From NCBI GenBank assembly GCA_963559365.1, contig CAUWKC010000001.1, forward strand, positions 57,459 to 121,458: a DNA stretch of 64,000 nucleotides, given 5' to 3'. Numbering within the stretch: position 1 is the first letter of the stretch; every line of letters begins with the position of its first letter. The notes beneath the pieces were generated by a model that was given only the letters and a program-made list of their open reading frames with translations, was not told where the DNA came from and searched no databases. A program made the translations under genes and the position numbers. This document shows, piece by piece, positions 21,603 through 32,726 of this stretch. Origin of the DNA: an uncultured Clostridia bacterium (GTDB lineage Bacteria > Bacillota > Clostridia > TANB77 > CAG-508).

Positions 21603-23663
21603 ATGGGAAACATTGTATTATTAGATGAACTAACAATAAATAAAATAGCGGCAGGAGAGGTAATTGAAAGGCCTGCCTCAGTTATAAAAGAAATGGTAGA
21701 AAACTCTATTGATGCAGGAGCAACTAATATAACAGTAGAAATAAAAAATGGTGGAATTTCTTACATAAAAGTAACAGACAATGGAAAAGGAATAGCTACA
21801 GATGATTTAGAAATAGCTTTTGAAAGACATGCTACAAGTAAAATTAGAACAGCAGACGATTTAGACACTGTAACTTCTATGGGATTTAGAGGGGAAGCTT
21901 TAGCAAGTATTGCAGCAATAAGTAAAGTAGAGATGATATCAAAAACCAAAGAACAAGAAACAGGATATCGTATAGTAGTTGAAGGAGGAAATATTTTAGA
22001 ACAAGAAGAAGTTGGATGTCAAACAGGAACTTCAATTACTGTGCAAAATTTATTTTTTAACACACCAGTACGTTATAAATTTTTAAAAAAAGATTATACA
22101 GAATCTGGTTATATTGAAGATGCAATTACAAGAATAGCTTTAGTAAACCCACATATAGCTATTAAATTAATAAATACAGGAAAAACCATTATCCAGACAA
22201 ATGGAAATGGAGATATAAAAAGTGTAATTTATAATATTTATGGAAAAGATATTGCAAATGGAATAATGGATGTAACATATCAATATGAAGATATTAAAAT
22301 TACAGGAGTAATTGGAAAAGCAGAAATTGCAAGATCAAATCGCTCTAACCAATTATTTTTTGTTAATAAAAGATATATCAAAGATAAAACTTTAAGTGCA
22401 GCAACAGAACAAGCTTATAAAGGTTTAATACCAATAGGAAAATTCGGATTTGTTATATTAAATATAGACATGAATCCAGCAAAAGTAGATGTAAATGTGC
22501 ATCCAGCAAAATTAGAGGTTCGTTTTGAAGAAGAAAACAAAATCTTTCAATCTATTTATCATGCTATAAAAGATACTTTGTTAAAAAATGAATTAGTAGT
22601 AGATACTACAGAGAAAAAAACTACTAGAGAAAGTACATTTGAAGAAAGATTACAAATGATAAGAGAATCTAAAAAAGAAAACCAAACAGGAGGATTATTT
22701 GGATTCCGAAAACAAAATGAAAAACAAATTGAAAAATATACTGAAGAAGAAAGCAAAATAAAAACTAATGTTGTTGTAGAAAAACCAAAAAAAGAAGAAA
22801 TAGATACATCAGATGTATTAAAACAATTACAAGACATGAAAACAAAATTACAAAAAGAATTAGAAGAAAAAAATGTAGAACCAATGACACTAAAAGAAAA
22901 AGAAGAAAACTATATATTAGAAAAACCACAAGCAACTTCAAATAATTTTAGTGAAATGTATACAAAAACATTTGGAACAGCGCCAGTTGAGTCGAAAAAG
23001 GCAAATGAAGATAAAAAAGAAGAAAGTGCAGTAGATATAGTAAAAGATAATTTATCAATATGGGAAGAAACAAAAGAAACAAAAAAACCAACATACAAAT
23101 TTGTAGGAATTATTTTTAAAACATACATAATATTAGAAATTGAAAATGAAATGTATATCTTAGATCAGCATGCAGCCCATGAAAGAATTATGTATGAAAA
23201 AGTAAAGAAAAACTATTATAGTAAACAAAATAAAGATTCACAAATGTTATTATTACCAGATGTAATTACTTTATCACACAAAGAAATGGACATTGCAAAA
23301 GAAAATATGTCAATGTTTGAACAAGCAGGCTTTACACTAGAAGAATTTGGAGAAAATACAATTAAATTAACAGGAGTACCAACTGTTTGTATTGATATTG
23401 ATAATAAAGAATTATTTTTAGAAACATTAGATGAAATAAATACAGTAGCAAGAACTGCAAAACAAGAAAAAGAAGAAAAATTTATTGCAACAGTTGCTTG
23501 TAAAGCAGCTGTAAAAGCAAATATGGCATTAAATCAAAAAGAAATAGAAGCTTTAATGGACGATTTATTAATATTACCAAATCCTTTTACTTGTCCACAT
23601 GGCAGACCAACAGTAATTAAGATGTCAAAATATGATATAGAAAGAAAATTTGCTAGAAAATAG
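21603..23663 (+). CDS. mutL: DNA mismatch repair protein MutL
   Basis: GHKL ATPase N-terminus (KIAAGEVIERPASVIKEMVENSIDAGA); C-terminal dimerisation/endonuclease domain. Confidence 0.9.
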   Translation: MGNIVLLDELTINKIAAGEVIERPASVIKEMVENSIDAGATNITVEIKNGGISYIKVTDNGKGIATDDLEIAFERHATSKIRTADDLDTVTSMGFRGEALASIAAISKVEMISKTKEQETGYRIVVEGGNILEQEEVGCQTGTSITVQNLFFNTPVRYKFLKKDYTESGYIEDAITRIALVNPHIAIKLINTGKTIIQTNGNGDIKSVIYNIYGKDIANGIMDVTYQYEDIKITGVIGKAEIARSNRSNQLFFVNKRYIKDKTLSAATEQAYKGLIPIGKFGFVILNIDMNPAKVDVNVHPAKLEVRFEEENKIFQSIYHAIKDTLLKNELVVDTTEKKTTRESTFEERLQMIRESKKENQTGGLFGFRKQNEKQIEKYTEEESKIKTNVVVEKPKKEEIDTSDVLKQLQDMKTKLQKELEEKNVEPMTLKEKEENYILEKPQATSNNFSEMYTKTFGTAPVESKKANEDKKEESAVDIVKDNLSIWEETKETKKPTYKFVGIIFKTYIILEIENEMYILDQHAAHERIMYEKVKKNYYSKQNKDSQMLLLPDVITLSHKEMDIAKENMSMFEQAGFTLEEFGENTIKLTGVPTVCIDIDNKELFLETLDEINTVARTAKQEKEEKFIATVACKAAVKANMALNQKEIEALMDDLLILPNPFTCPHGRPTVIKMSKYDIERKFARK

Positions 23664-23680
23664 AAAGAAAGGAAGAAAAT

Positions 23681-24118
23681 ATGGCATTTATAATTATAAC
23701 AACAATAATTGTATATTTTATTCTAATTGCTTGGACATGGCAAAGTTTAAGTTTAATAGAAAGACCAAAAAAGTTAATATTTATACTATTAGGTACAATA
23801 ATCGTATATGGTATTACTTTTATAGTTTTTCAAATTACAAAAGGAAACATTACATATCCTGATATAGAACTACAAGCACAAGTTCAAAATATATTAATAT
23901 TAATTTTTACAGGAATAAATGGAATTATTGTATTACCACAAATTGCAAAAATAGCAGATAAAATAATAGGAAATGAAGTAGAAAAAGAAAAGATACAAAA
24001 AAGAATTTTAATATTAGCTCTAATTTTTATAATATGTTTGATTTTTGAAAGTGGTTATATGAAAGATATACAAGAAGGAATTATTAATATATATCATGCT
24101 AGAATAAATTGCATTTAA
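23681..24118 (+). CDS. small membrane protein (4 TM), hypothetical
   Basis: Hydrophobic ORF with RBS. Confidence 0.45.
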   Translation: MAFIIITTIIVYFILIAWTWQSLSLIERPKKLIFILLGTIIVYGITFIVFQITKGNITYPDIELQAQVQNILILIFTGINGIIVLPQIAKIADKIIGNEVEKEKIQKRILILALIFIICLIFESGYMKDIQEGIINIYHARINCI

Positions 24119-24138
24119 GAAGGGGGAATGTAATAAAC

Positions 24139-25047
24139 ATGGAAAAAGTAATTGTTATCTGTGGACCAACAGCATCAGGAAAAACAAGTTTATCTATCGA
24201 ATTAGCTAAACAAATACAAGGGGAAATCGTTTCTTGTGATTCAATGCAAATCTACAAAGAAATGGACATAGGTACTGCTAAACCAACTGAAGAAGAAAAA
24301 CAAGGAATACCTCATTATCTATTAGATTTTGTTTCGCCAGAAGATAGATATAGTGTAGCAGATTATAAAAAAGATGCAAAAAAAGCAATAAAAGAAATTA
24401 TACAAAAAGGAAAAATACCAATTGTAGTAGGAGGAACAGGGCTTTACATAGATAGCTTGATTTATGAAATTGAATATCCTATAATTGAATTTGATGAAAC
24501 ATATAGAAAACAATTAGAAAAAAGAGTAGAAAAAGAAGGATTAGCCAATCTATATGCAGAAGCTAAAAAAATAGATCCAATAGCAATAGAAAAAATTAGT
24601 CAAAATGATGCAAAACGAATTTTGCGAATTTTAGAAATTTACCATACTACTGGAAAAACAAAAACTGAACAAGAAATAGAATCCAGAAAAAATCCACCAG
24701 AATATGACTATCATGTGTATGCATTAAAGTGGGAAAGAGAAGCCTTATATGAAAGAATTAATAAAAGAGTAGATATAATGATAGAACAAGGCTTAATAGA
24801 AGAAGTAAAATCAATATTAAAAAAACACGAAAAATTCCCGACTGCTATGCAAGGATTAGGTTATAAAGAAGTAGTAGAATATTTACAGGGAAAATTGAGC
24901 AAAGAAGAAATGATAGAAAAATTAAAAATGGAAACTAGAAGATATGCAAAAAGACAAATGACTTGGTTTAGAAAAAATAAACAAACAATATGGCTACCAG
25001 GAGAAGCACCTATACAAGAAAATATAAAAATCATCTTGGAGGAGTAA
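24139..25047 (+). CDS. miaA: tRNA dimethylallyltransferase
   Basis: P-loop GPTASGKT; mutL-miaA synteny. Confidence 0.85.
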   Translation: MEKVIVICGPTASGKTSLSIELAKQIQGEIVSCDSMQIYKEMDIGTAKPTEEEKQGIPHYLLDFVSPEDRYSVADYKKDAKKAIKEIIQKGKIPIVVGGTGLYIDSLIYEIEYPIIEFDETYRKQLEKRVEKEGLANLYAEAKKIDPIAIEKISQNDAKRILRILEIYHTTGKTKTEQEIESRKNPPEYDYHVYALKWEREALYERINKRVDIMIEQGLIEEVKSILKKHEKFPTAMQGLGYKEVVEYLQGKLSKEEMIEKLKMETRRYAKRQMTWFRKNKQTIWLPGEAPIQENIKIILEE

Positions 25048-25048
25048 A

Positions 25049-26290
25049 ATGAAAAATATATCATCTTCACAAAAGAAAAGAATTATAGTAATGATTATAT
25101 TAATTGCATTATTAATATACATATTATATACAATTTACTTATTAATTAAACAACCAACAAATACTTTTACTGTAGAGGAAGGAAAACTATATCAAGAAGA
25201 AATTGATATAGGGTATGTTATTAGAAATGAAAAAGTAGTAAAAGGAAATAATTATAAAAATGGAATTTTACAAATTAAATCAGAAGGAGAAAGAGCAGCC
25301 AAAGACGAAAATATTTTTCGATATTATAGTGCTAATGAAGAATCATTAAAGAAGAAAATAGAAGATTTAGATGCTAAAATTCAAGAAGTTATGATAAATG
25401 ATAATAGTTTATTTTCCTCTGATATGAAATTATTAGAAAATCAAATTGATGAAAAAGTAGCTGACATTAGTCAAATAACTGATACAACTAAATTAGCAGA
25501 ATACAAAAAAGAAATTAATGATTTAGTAACTAAAAAAGCACAAATAGCAGGAGATTTAAGTCCAAAAGGTTCATACTTAAACCAACTAATTAAAGAAAGA
25601 AAAAATTACGAAAGCCAATTAAACTCAGGAGCCGAATATGTAAAAGCACCAATGAGTGGGATAGTATCTTATAAAGTAGATGGATTAGAAGAAAAACTAA
25701 CACCAGACAATTTTAGTGAATTAAGCAAAGAATATTTAGAAAATTTAGACCTAAAAACAGGGAAAATAGTAGCAACAAGTGAAGAAAGTGGAAAAGTAAT
25801 TGATAATTTTTCTTGTTATATAGTAACTTTTTCATCTTCTAATGAAGCTAAATCAGCAGAAGTAGGAGATAAAGTAAAAATAAGATTGTCAAATAATGTA
25901 GAAATACCAGCTGAAATAACAAATTTAATAAAAGAAAACGAAGAAGAAGTAACATTGATTTTGAAAATCGAAAAACAAATTGGAGAATTAATAAATTATA
26001 GAAAAATTTCATTTGAATTAATTTGGTGGGATGATTCTGGACTTAAAGTACCAAATCAAGCAATTGTAAAAGATGGAGATTTAGACTATGTGGTTCGTAA
26101 TCGTGCTGGATATTTGAGCAAAATATTAGTAAAAGTAAAAAAACAAGGAGATAAATATTCTATTTTAGAACCATATTCAACAGAAGAATTGACAAAATTA
26201 GGCTTTTCTAATGAGAAAATTTCTAAATACAAAAAATTGTCATTATATGATGAAATATTATTAAATCCAGATTTGAGTAAAGCAGAATAA
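25049..26290 (+). CDS. HlyD-family membrane-fusion-like protein (N-terminal TM, coiled coil, beta-barrel)
   Basis: TM anchor, long coiled coil, PMSGIVSY lipoyl-like hairpin. Confidence 0.5.
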   Translation: MKNISSSQKKRIIVMIILIALLIYILYTIYLLIKQPTNTFTVEEGKLYQEEIDIGYVIRNEKVVKGNNYKNGILQIKSEGERAAKDENIFRYYSANEESLKKKIEDLDAKIQEVMINDNSLFSSDMKLLENQIDEKVADISQITDTTKLAEYKKEINDLVTKKAQIAGDLSPKGSYLNQLIKERKNYESQLNSGAEYVKAPMSGIVSYKVDGLEEKLTPDNFSELSKEYLENLDLKTGKIVATSEESGKVIDNFSCYIVTFSSSNEAKSAEVGDKVKIRLSNNVEIPAEITNLIKENEEEVTLILKIEKQIGELINYRKISFELIWWDDSGLKVPNQAIVKDGDLDYVVRNRAGYLSKILVKVKKQGDKYSILEPYSTEELTKLGFSNEKISKYKKLSLYDEILLNPDLSKAE

Positions 26291-26434
26291 AAATTAAAAA
26301 GAAAAAACTATTACAAAAATATTACAAAAATATTAAAATTCAATAACATTATCAAAAAATATTGACAATAATGTAAAAAAAGTAGATACTAGAGACAATA
26401 AAACAAAGGAAGTAAATTAGGAGGTTTTTTAATT

Positions 26435-26917
26435 ATGGCTGGAGCATTAATAAACAAAGTATGGGATTTATTTGGGATGGATTCACAACCAGAGGAAGAA
26501 TATGAAGATGATAACCTATACGAATACGAAGATGAGGACTACGAAGAAGAAGATAAAAAAATATTTGGAAGAAGAAATAAAGATAAAGTAGTTTCTATGC
26601 CACAAGCAAATACAAATGCTATCAAAATGGTAATTTCACAACCAACTACATTCGAACAATCTGATGAAATTTGTAGCTTTTTAAAAGAAAAAAAATCAGT
26701 AATTGTAAATTTAGAATACGTAAATAAGGACGTAGCAAGAAGAATAGTAGATTTTATTAGTGGTGGAGTATATGCATTAGATGGATATATTCAAAAAGTA
26801 TCAAATTCAATCTTTTTAGTAGCACCATCTAACTATGAAATTACAAATGAAATGGCAAGAGAAGAAATGAAAAGCAAACTTTCTGTTTCATGGCTAAAAA
26901 ATAACGGAGTCAACTAA
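26435..26917 (+). CDS. sepF: cell division protein SepF
   Basis: Acidic linker then conserved SepF domain KMVISQPTTFEQSDEICSFLKEKKSVIVNL. Confidence 0.85.
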   Translation: MAGALINKVWDLFGMDSQPEEEYEDDNLYEYEDEDYEEEDKKIFGRRNKDKVVSMPQANTNAIKMVISQPTTFEQSDEICSFLKEKKSVIVNLEYVNKDVARRIVDFISGGVYALDGYIQKVSNSIFLVAPSNYEITNEMAREEMKSKLSVSWLKNNGVN

Positions 26918-26940
26918 TCCGTCTATTAAAGGAGGAAAAA

Positions 26941-27396
26941 ATGATAACACCATTAGATATCGAAAACAAAAAATTTTCAAAACAAATGATGAATGGATAT
27001 AGTGTTGAGGAAGTAGACGATTTTTTAGATGATTTAACAGATGATTATTCTAGAAATTATAAAGAAGCAACAGAATTAAAAGCAAAAGTAGATGAACTAA
27101 CAAAAAGTTTAGAACATTATAAAGCCATTGAAGAAACCTTACAAAGCACATTGCTAATGGCGCAATCCACAGCAGAAGATGTAAAAAAAGTAGCACAACA
27201 ACAAGCAGAACAAATCATCCAAGAAGCAAAAGGAACAGCTCAAAAACAAGCAAGTGAATTAGATAATGAAATTATATCAAAGAAAAAAGAATTAGAAGAT
27301 GTTAAAAAACAATTTGACATTTATAAAGCTAAAATGGAATCCTTATTAATCTCTCAACTAGAACTGTTGAAAGACATAAATAAAGATGATACATAA
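26941..27396 (+). CDS. divIVA: cell division/septum site protein DivIVA
   Basis: MITPLDIENKKFSKQMMNGYSVEEVDDFLD N-terminal domain plus coiled coil. Confidence 0.85.
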   Translation: MITPLDIENKKFSKQMMNGYSVEEVDDFLDDLTDDYSRNYKEATELKAKVDELTKSLEHYKAIEETLQSTLLMAQSTAEDVKKVAQQQAEQIIQEAKGTAQKQASELDNEIISKKKELEDVKKQFDIYKAKMESLLISQLELLKDINKDDT

Positions 27397-27416
27397 GAAA
27401 AAAATACAAAAGAGAA

Positions 27417-27446
27417 AGGACTATCGTAAAAGATAGTCCTTTTATG
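27417..27446 (+). terminator. rho-independent terminator after divIVA
   Basis: AGGACTATC..GATAGTCCT stem plus TTTTAT. Confidence 0.65.
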
Positions 27447-27483
27447 TCTTATCATGTTACAATCAAGAAAATATATTACAGAA

Positions 27484-27500
27484 CTGTTAAATCTATGTTA
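27484..27500 (+). promoter_or_regulatory. TGTTAA-N5-TGTTAC direct repeat (WalR-type consensus) about 25 bp upstream of the rsmD promoter (TTGACA-16-TAAAAT)
   Basis: Read from sequence. Confidence 0.25.
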
Positions 27501-27569
27501 CAATTGTATAAATACTATTGACATTGTGAGAAAAAAGAATAAAATAAGAATAGTAAAGAAGGGCAAACT

Positions 27570-28130
27570 ATGAGAATAATCGGTGGAAAAGCAAAAGGAA
27601 CCAAATTATATACTTTAGAAGGAAATAATACAAGACCAACATTAGATAGAGTACGTGAAGCATTATTTAACATTATTCAATTTGAATTACAAGACAGCGT
27701 TTTTTTGGACTTATTTGCAGGAAGTGGTGCTTGTGGGATTGAAGCTGTTAGTAGAGGAGCAAAAAAAGCAATTCTATGTGATAAAGAAAAACAAGCTATA
27801 GAAATCATTAAAAAAAACATAGAAAAAACGCATACACAAGAAAATACAGAAATCTATCAAATGGCATTTGATGAATTATTAAAAACTAAAATAAAAGAAA
27901 AATTAGACATTATTTTTATTGATCCACCATATGATACTAATTTTGCATATCAAGCAGTAAAAATATTATTAGAAAGCAAATACATACATAAAAACACTAT
28001 TATGATAATAGAAACTGATCAAGAAAAAAGAATAAAAAAAGAAATCGAAAATTTAGAAATAGAAATTGTAAATGACAAAAAATATGGAAGAGCACATCTT
28101 ATCTTCCTACGCCAAAAAAGAAAGGGGTAA
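27570..28130 (+). CDS. rsmD: 16S rRNA (guanine966-N2)-methyltransferase RsmD
   Basis: DLFAGSGACGIEA, DPPY motifs. Confidence 0.85.
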   Translation: MRIIGGKAKGTKLYTLEGNNTRPTLDRVREALFNIIQFELQDSVFLDLFAGSGACGIEAVSRGAKKAILCDKEKQAIEIIKKNIEKTHTQENTEIYQMAFDELLKTKIKEKLDIIFIDPPYDTNFAYQAVKILLESKYIHKNTIMIIETDQEKRIKKEIENLEIEIVNDKKYGRAHLIFLRQKRKG

Positions 28131-28133
28131 ATC

Positions 28134-28637
28134 ATGGAAATATTTACATTACTAGAAACATTAGAGGAGATATTAGAAACAACAAGAAATTTACCATTTT
28201 CCTCAAAAGGAATTGTAGATAAAGAGGAAATGTTAGATTTAATCAAAGAAATTCGTTTAAAACTTCCAGATGAGCTAAAACAAGCTAAATGGGTAAAAGA
28301 AGAAAGACAACGTATCTTAGTAGAAGCAAAAAAAGAAGCAGATGGAATAGTAAAAGAAGCAGAAAATCGTATAATTGCGATGATAGACGAGCATGAAATT
28401 ACCAGAAAAGCATATGATCAAAAAACAGAAATTATAGAAACTGCAAATGAAATGTCAAGAGAAATTTCAAAAGGTACAAAAGAATATGCAGATAGCTTAT
28501 TAGCTAATACTGAAGAAGTATTAACAAATACATTAGATAAATTAGGAAATAATATGTCAGAAGCATTAAATTTAATGCAAATTTCACTAGAAGATACCCT
28601 AAAAACAATACAAAATAGTAGAAAAGAATTAAAATAA
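28134..28637 (+). CDS. hypothetical coiled-coil protein
   Basis: 167 aa charged coiled coil. Confidence 0.45.
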   Translation: MEIFTLLETLEEILETTRNLPFSSKGIVDKEEMLDLIKEIRLKLPDELKQAKWVKEERQRILVEAKKEADGIVKEAENRIIAMIDEHEITRKAYDQKTEIIETANEMSREISKGTKEYADSLLANTEEVLTNTLDKLGNNMSEALNLMQISLEDTLKTIQNSRKELK

Positions 28638-28727
28638 AAAACAAAAGTCAGATGTCAGAAGTCACTATGCAATGGCTTTTGAAATCTGACTTTTTATATA
28701 AATTATTTTTGTAGGAAAGGAATAAAA

Positions 28728-31121
28728 ATGCCAAAAAAAAGACGATATAAAAAAAGAAAAAATAAAGCCTCTAAAGCAGACGTAGCCGTAGTTTCATTAA
28801 TAATATTAAGCATATTATTAGCAGTTTTAATTTATACAAAATCAGGAATTATTGGATTAAAGTTAAATGAAATATTAGGAGGAATGTTAGGAATCATCCA
28901 ATATGTATTACCAATTGGGATTTTTGCTATAGCAATAAAACTAGCTTCAGAAGGAACAGAAGAATTAACACCCAAATTAATACAATATGGGGTGTTATTA
29001 ATAAGTTTATCAATCGTATTTAGTGTATTCCAAATTTCTTCTGGTGAATTAGTAAATAATAAAGAAATGTCAGAAGTAATAAAAGATGCTTATCTCTTAG
29101 GTTCACAAAACAAAGGAGGAGGAGCTATTGGAGCTTGTGGAGCTGTACCACTAAATAAATTATTAGGAGATATTGGAGCTATTGTTCTTTGTATAGGAAT
29201 TGCTATTATTTTAGTAGTATTTACTTTTGGTATAAATTTATCAGAATGGATAAATAAAATGGCAGAGAAGGCAGAAGAAAGAAAAGAAGAACGTTTAGCA
29301 GAAAAAATGGCAGCAAGAGAAGAAAGACAAGCAGAAAAAATAGCAGCAAAAGAAGAAAGACAAGCAAAAAAAGAAGCAGAAAAAAAAGAAGTTGAAGAAA
29401 AAATAAAAATAAACTTTGGTGGAAGACTTGTGGATAGTGCAGAGGAAAAAGCACCATTAAAGAAATATGATCACTCTAATGATGACCTAGAACCATTAAC
29501 TAAAAAAACAAAAGCAATGAAACAAGCTCAAATGGAAATAGAACCAGATGTTATAGAAAACAATTTATTTAAAGATGTAGAAGAACAAAAAGAAGAAAAG
29601 AAAAGGGCAGTGCTACAGTTAGAACATGCCATGACAGTAGAAGATGAGCATTATGAATATCCGCCAGTTGAAATTCTAAGTAAAGGTTCAAAAAAAGCAT
29701 TGAAAGGTGGAGCAAAAGCATTAACAGATACTGCGACAAAGCTACAAAAAACTTTGTATAGTTTTGGAGTATCAGCAAAAGTAGAAAATGTTTCTGTTGG
29801 ACCAGCTATTACACGTTATGAATTAAAACCAGCAGAAGGTGTACGTGTTAGTAAAATTGCCAATTTGGCAGATGATATAGCATTAAATTTAGCAGCAGAG
29901 ACAATCCGTATTGAAGCACCAATTCCAGGAAAACAAGCTGTAGGAATTGAAGTTCCAAATAATCAAAGAGAAGCAGTTCATCTAAGAGAAGTATTAGATA
30001 GTGATGAATTTAAAAATAATCCATCTAAATTAGCAATTGCATTAGGAAAAGATGTAGCCGGAAATATTGAATTAGCAGATATTAGCAAAATGCCCCATGT
30101 ATTAATTGCAGGTTCAACAGGTTCAGGAAAAAGTGTATGTATAAACACAATAATTACAAGCATAATCTACCATGCAAAACCAAGTGAAGTAAAATTTGTT
30201 ATGGTAGACCCTAAAGTTGTAGAATTATCAGTTTATAATGGAATACCACACTTATTAATTCCAGTTGTAACAGATCCTAGAAAAGCAGCAGGAGCACTAG
30301 CATGGGCGGTACAAGAAATGGATAACCGTTACAATCTATTTGCTCAAAAAGGAGTAAGAGATTTAAAAGGATATAATAAAGCAATAGAAAAGGAAGAAGG
30401 TTTAGGAAAATTACCACAAATAGTAATAATTATTGATGAGTTAGCAGATTTAATGATGGTAGCTAAAAATGATGTAGAAGATGCAATTTGTCGATTAGCA
30501 CAAAAAGCAAGAGCAGCAGGAATGCATTTAGTTATTGCAACTCAAAGACCATCTGTAGACGTTATTACAGGTTTAATTAAAGCAAATGTACCATCAAGAA
30601 TAGCATTTGCTGTGTCATCACAAGTAGATTCTAGAACTATATTAGATTCAATCGGAGCAGAAAAATTATTAGGAAAAGGAGATATGTTATATTTCCCTGC
30701 AGGAGCAGCAAAACCTGCTAGAGTACAAGGAGCATTTGTAACAGATGAAGAAGTAGAAAAAATTGTAGATTTCATAAAATCTAATGGTACAGCACAATAT
30801 AGTGAAGATATTTTAGAAAGCATTGAAAATAGTAATAAAACAGACAAAGAATTGGCCCAAGAAGCAAGTAGTGATGATGATACAGATCCATTTTTGATGG
30901 ATGCTATTCAAACAGTTGTAGAAACAGGGCAAGCTTCAACTTCATTTATTCAAAGGAGATTTAAAGTAGGATATGCAAGAGCAGGAAGAATAATTGACCA
31001 AATGGAAGAAAGAGGAATTATTTCGGGTTATCAAGGAAGTAAACCAAGAGAGGTATTAATGTCATTAGACCGTTGGAACGAACTAAAAATGGGAAATAGT
31101 GAAGAAACATATAAAGAATAA
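28728..31121 (+). CDS. ftsK: DNA translocase FtsK/SpoIIIE
   Basis: 4 N-terminal TM helices, charged linker, motor GSTGSGKSV, C-terminal gamma winged helix. Confidence 0.9.
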   Translation: MPKKRRYKKRKNKASKADVAVVSLIILSILLAVLIYTKSGIIGLKLNEILGGMLGIIQYVLPIGIFAIAIKLASEGTEELTPKLIQYGVLLISLSIVFSVFQISSGELVNNKEMSEVIKDAYLLGSQNKGGGAIGACGAVPLNKLLGDIGAIVLCIGIAIILVVFTFGINLSEWINKMAEKAEERKEERLAEKMAAREERQAEKIAAKEERQAKKEAEKKEVEEKIKINFGGRLVDSAEEKAPLKKYDHSNDDLEPLTKKTKAMKQAQMEIEPDVIENNLFKDVEEQKEEKKRAVLQLEHAMTVEDEHYEYPPVEILSKGSKKALKGGAKALTDTATKLQKTLYSFGVSAKVENVSVGPAITRYELKPAEGVRVSKIANLADDIALNLAAETIRIEAPIPGKQAVGIEVPNNQREAVHLREVLDSDEFKNNPSKLAIALGKDVAGNIELADISKMPHVLIAGSTGSGKSVCINTIITSIIYHAKPSEVKFVMVDPKVVELSVYNGIPHLLIPVVTDPRKAAGALAWAVQEMDNRYNLFAQKGVRDLKGYNKAIEKEEGLGKLPQIVIIIDELADLMMVAKNDVEDAICRLAQKARAAGMHLVIATQRPSVDVITGLIKANVPSRIAFAVSSQVDSRTILDSIGAEKLLGKGDMLYFPAGAAKPARVQGAFVTDEEVEKIVDFIKSNGTAQYSEDILESIENSNKTDKELAQEASSDDDTDPFLMDAIQTVVETGQASTSFIQRRFKVGYARAGRIIDQMEERGIISGYQGSKPREVLMSLDRWNELKMGNSEETYKE

Positions 31122-31141
31122 AAAAAGAAAGGAGAAGGACT

Positions 31142-32716
31142 TTGCAAAAGAAAAAAGACAAATTGTTAGATAAAATTGTAAAAAAAGATTATAACAATGA
31201 ATTAGAAAAAGTTTTAGAGAGAAAGTATTTTAGCGAAAATGTAAAAAGCCTTCTCCTTAGCATCATGTATAAAATAGAAACTGCATATAGAGATTACGAA
31301 AAAGTAAAGCCAGACGTAGAAGAAAAAGATGAATTTATAAAAGGAATGATAGATAATATTCAAAATAATTGCGAAGATATTAAAATAATTCAACCAAATT
31401 CAAAAGAAAGTCAATTATTAGGAGAAAAAACATTTCAAGTAAATAACAAAAAGAAGAAAATCATTTGCTATCCGATTGAACGAAAATTATGTTATTGTTT
31501 AGCAAAAATTAATAAAAATGAAAAAATTGTTAAAGACAAATACTATGTTATTGACAGAACTTTATCAGATTTAATAAATGTAGGAAATAATATTGATACA
31601 GTTGAGCCTATGCGAGATTTTAATGGATATTCATGGACTACTATACCAAGAGAAATTGAAAGTATTAATCATAATTTAGTTTATCAAAATATTAGAATAT
31701 TAGTAGGAAATAAATTTTTAAAAAATTGGATTAAAAATGATGAATTTATAATTGATTATTTTGATTCTTTTCAAAATAGATTAGAGAAATATTATGGAGA
31801 GGAACAAAAAGATAAATTAACAGAAATTTTAACTAAACTATCTGTATTATTAGCAGTTCGTTATAATCCAAAAATAAAAAAAGAATTAGAATATGAAAGA
31901 AAACAAGTAGAAGAAAAGTTATTTGAAATGAAAGATAATCAAACATTTATACAAAAAATTACAGATCAAAAACGTAAAATAACAAATCAAATCAAAGAAA
32001 TTGATGAAACAATGAATAGTAAAAGCAGATTACAAAAAGAATATGAAAAAAGAAATGAAATATTACCACTAGAAGAAAAAATATTTAGTATTCGAATTTT
32101 ATATAAAATTATGATAAGCGAAAGAGAAGAAAAAATTAAAAAAATAGAAGAATTAAATACTATATTAAATCCACAAAAATTTGTTAACTATAAAAAAGAA
32201 TTAGAAGCAAAAGAAAAATATTTAAAATTAACCAAAGATAAAAATTTAGATAAAACTATAAAAGAATCAATGATAGAATTACAAATAGAATTTTTAAAAT
32301 GTTATCAAAACAAAATAAAAAGAGTGGAAACAAAACAAGATAGTATAAATTTATTATACGAATTTCGATATTATTGTTTATTACCATTTAATGAATCAGA
32401 AACAGTAGGAAAATTAAAAGAACTAGAAAAAGAAATTCAAGAAGTAGAAAAACAATTGTTAGAAAAAGCACATAAATTTAAAATTATTGATATCGTAGCA
32501 AGTTCAAAAGAAATAGATTATGAAATATTAAAAAATATTTTTTATGTTAGAGTTATTAATTTAGAGGACTTATTTATAAAAGTAACTAAAGAAAAAGAAG
32601 ATTTCTATCTACAATTATTAGATGAAAATGTATTTGAAGAAAAAATTAAATTAGGAACAATAAATAAAAAAGAATTAGAAATCAAGATAAACAAAAAAGT
32701 GAAAATTTTTAATTAG
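31142..32716 (+). CDS. hypothetical K/E-rich protein (524 aa), TTG start
   Basis: AAGGAG RBS then TTG; no family recognised. Confidence 0.45.
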   Translation: MQKKKDKLLDKIVKKDYNNELEKVLERKYFSENVKSLLLSIMYKIETAYRDYEKVKPDVEEKDEFIKGMIDNIQNNCEDIKIIQPNSKESQLLGEKTFQVNNKKKKIICYPIERKLCYCLAKINKNEKIVKDKYYVIDRTLSDLINVGNNIDTVEPMRDFNGYSWTTIPREIESINHNLVYQNIRILVGNKFLKNWIKNDEFIIDYFDSFQNRLEKYYGEEQKDKLTEILTKLSVLLAVRYNPKIKKELEYERKQVEEKLFEMKDNQTFIQKITDQKRKITNQIKEIDETMNSKSRLQKEYEKRNEILPLEEKIFSIRILYKIMISEREEKIKKIEELNTILNPQKFVNYKKELEAKEKYLKLTKDKNLDKTIKESMIELQIEFLKCYQNKIKRVETKQDSINLLYEFRYYCLLPFNESETVGKLKELEKEIQEVEKQLLEKAHKFKIIDIVASSKEIDYEILKNIFYVRVINLEDLFIKVTKEKEDFYLQLLDENVFEEKIKLGTINKKELEIKINKKVKIFN

Positions 32717-32726
32717 GAGGAAAACA

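Noticed and set aside
29221-29457. Poly-Leu antisense ORF in the ftsK linker (similar ones at 55961-56173, 56306-56521, 56990-57346, 62587-62895, 63016-63330)
   Set aside because: Antisense of GAA/AAA-rich coding; overlapped by strong sense-strand genes (ftsK, clpC, the LRR gene).
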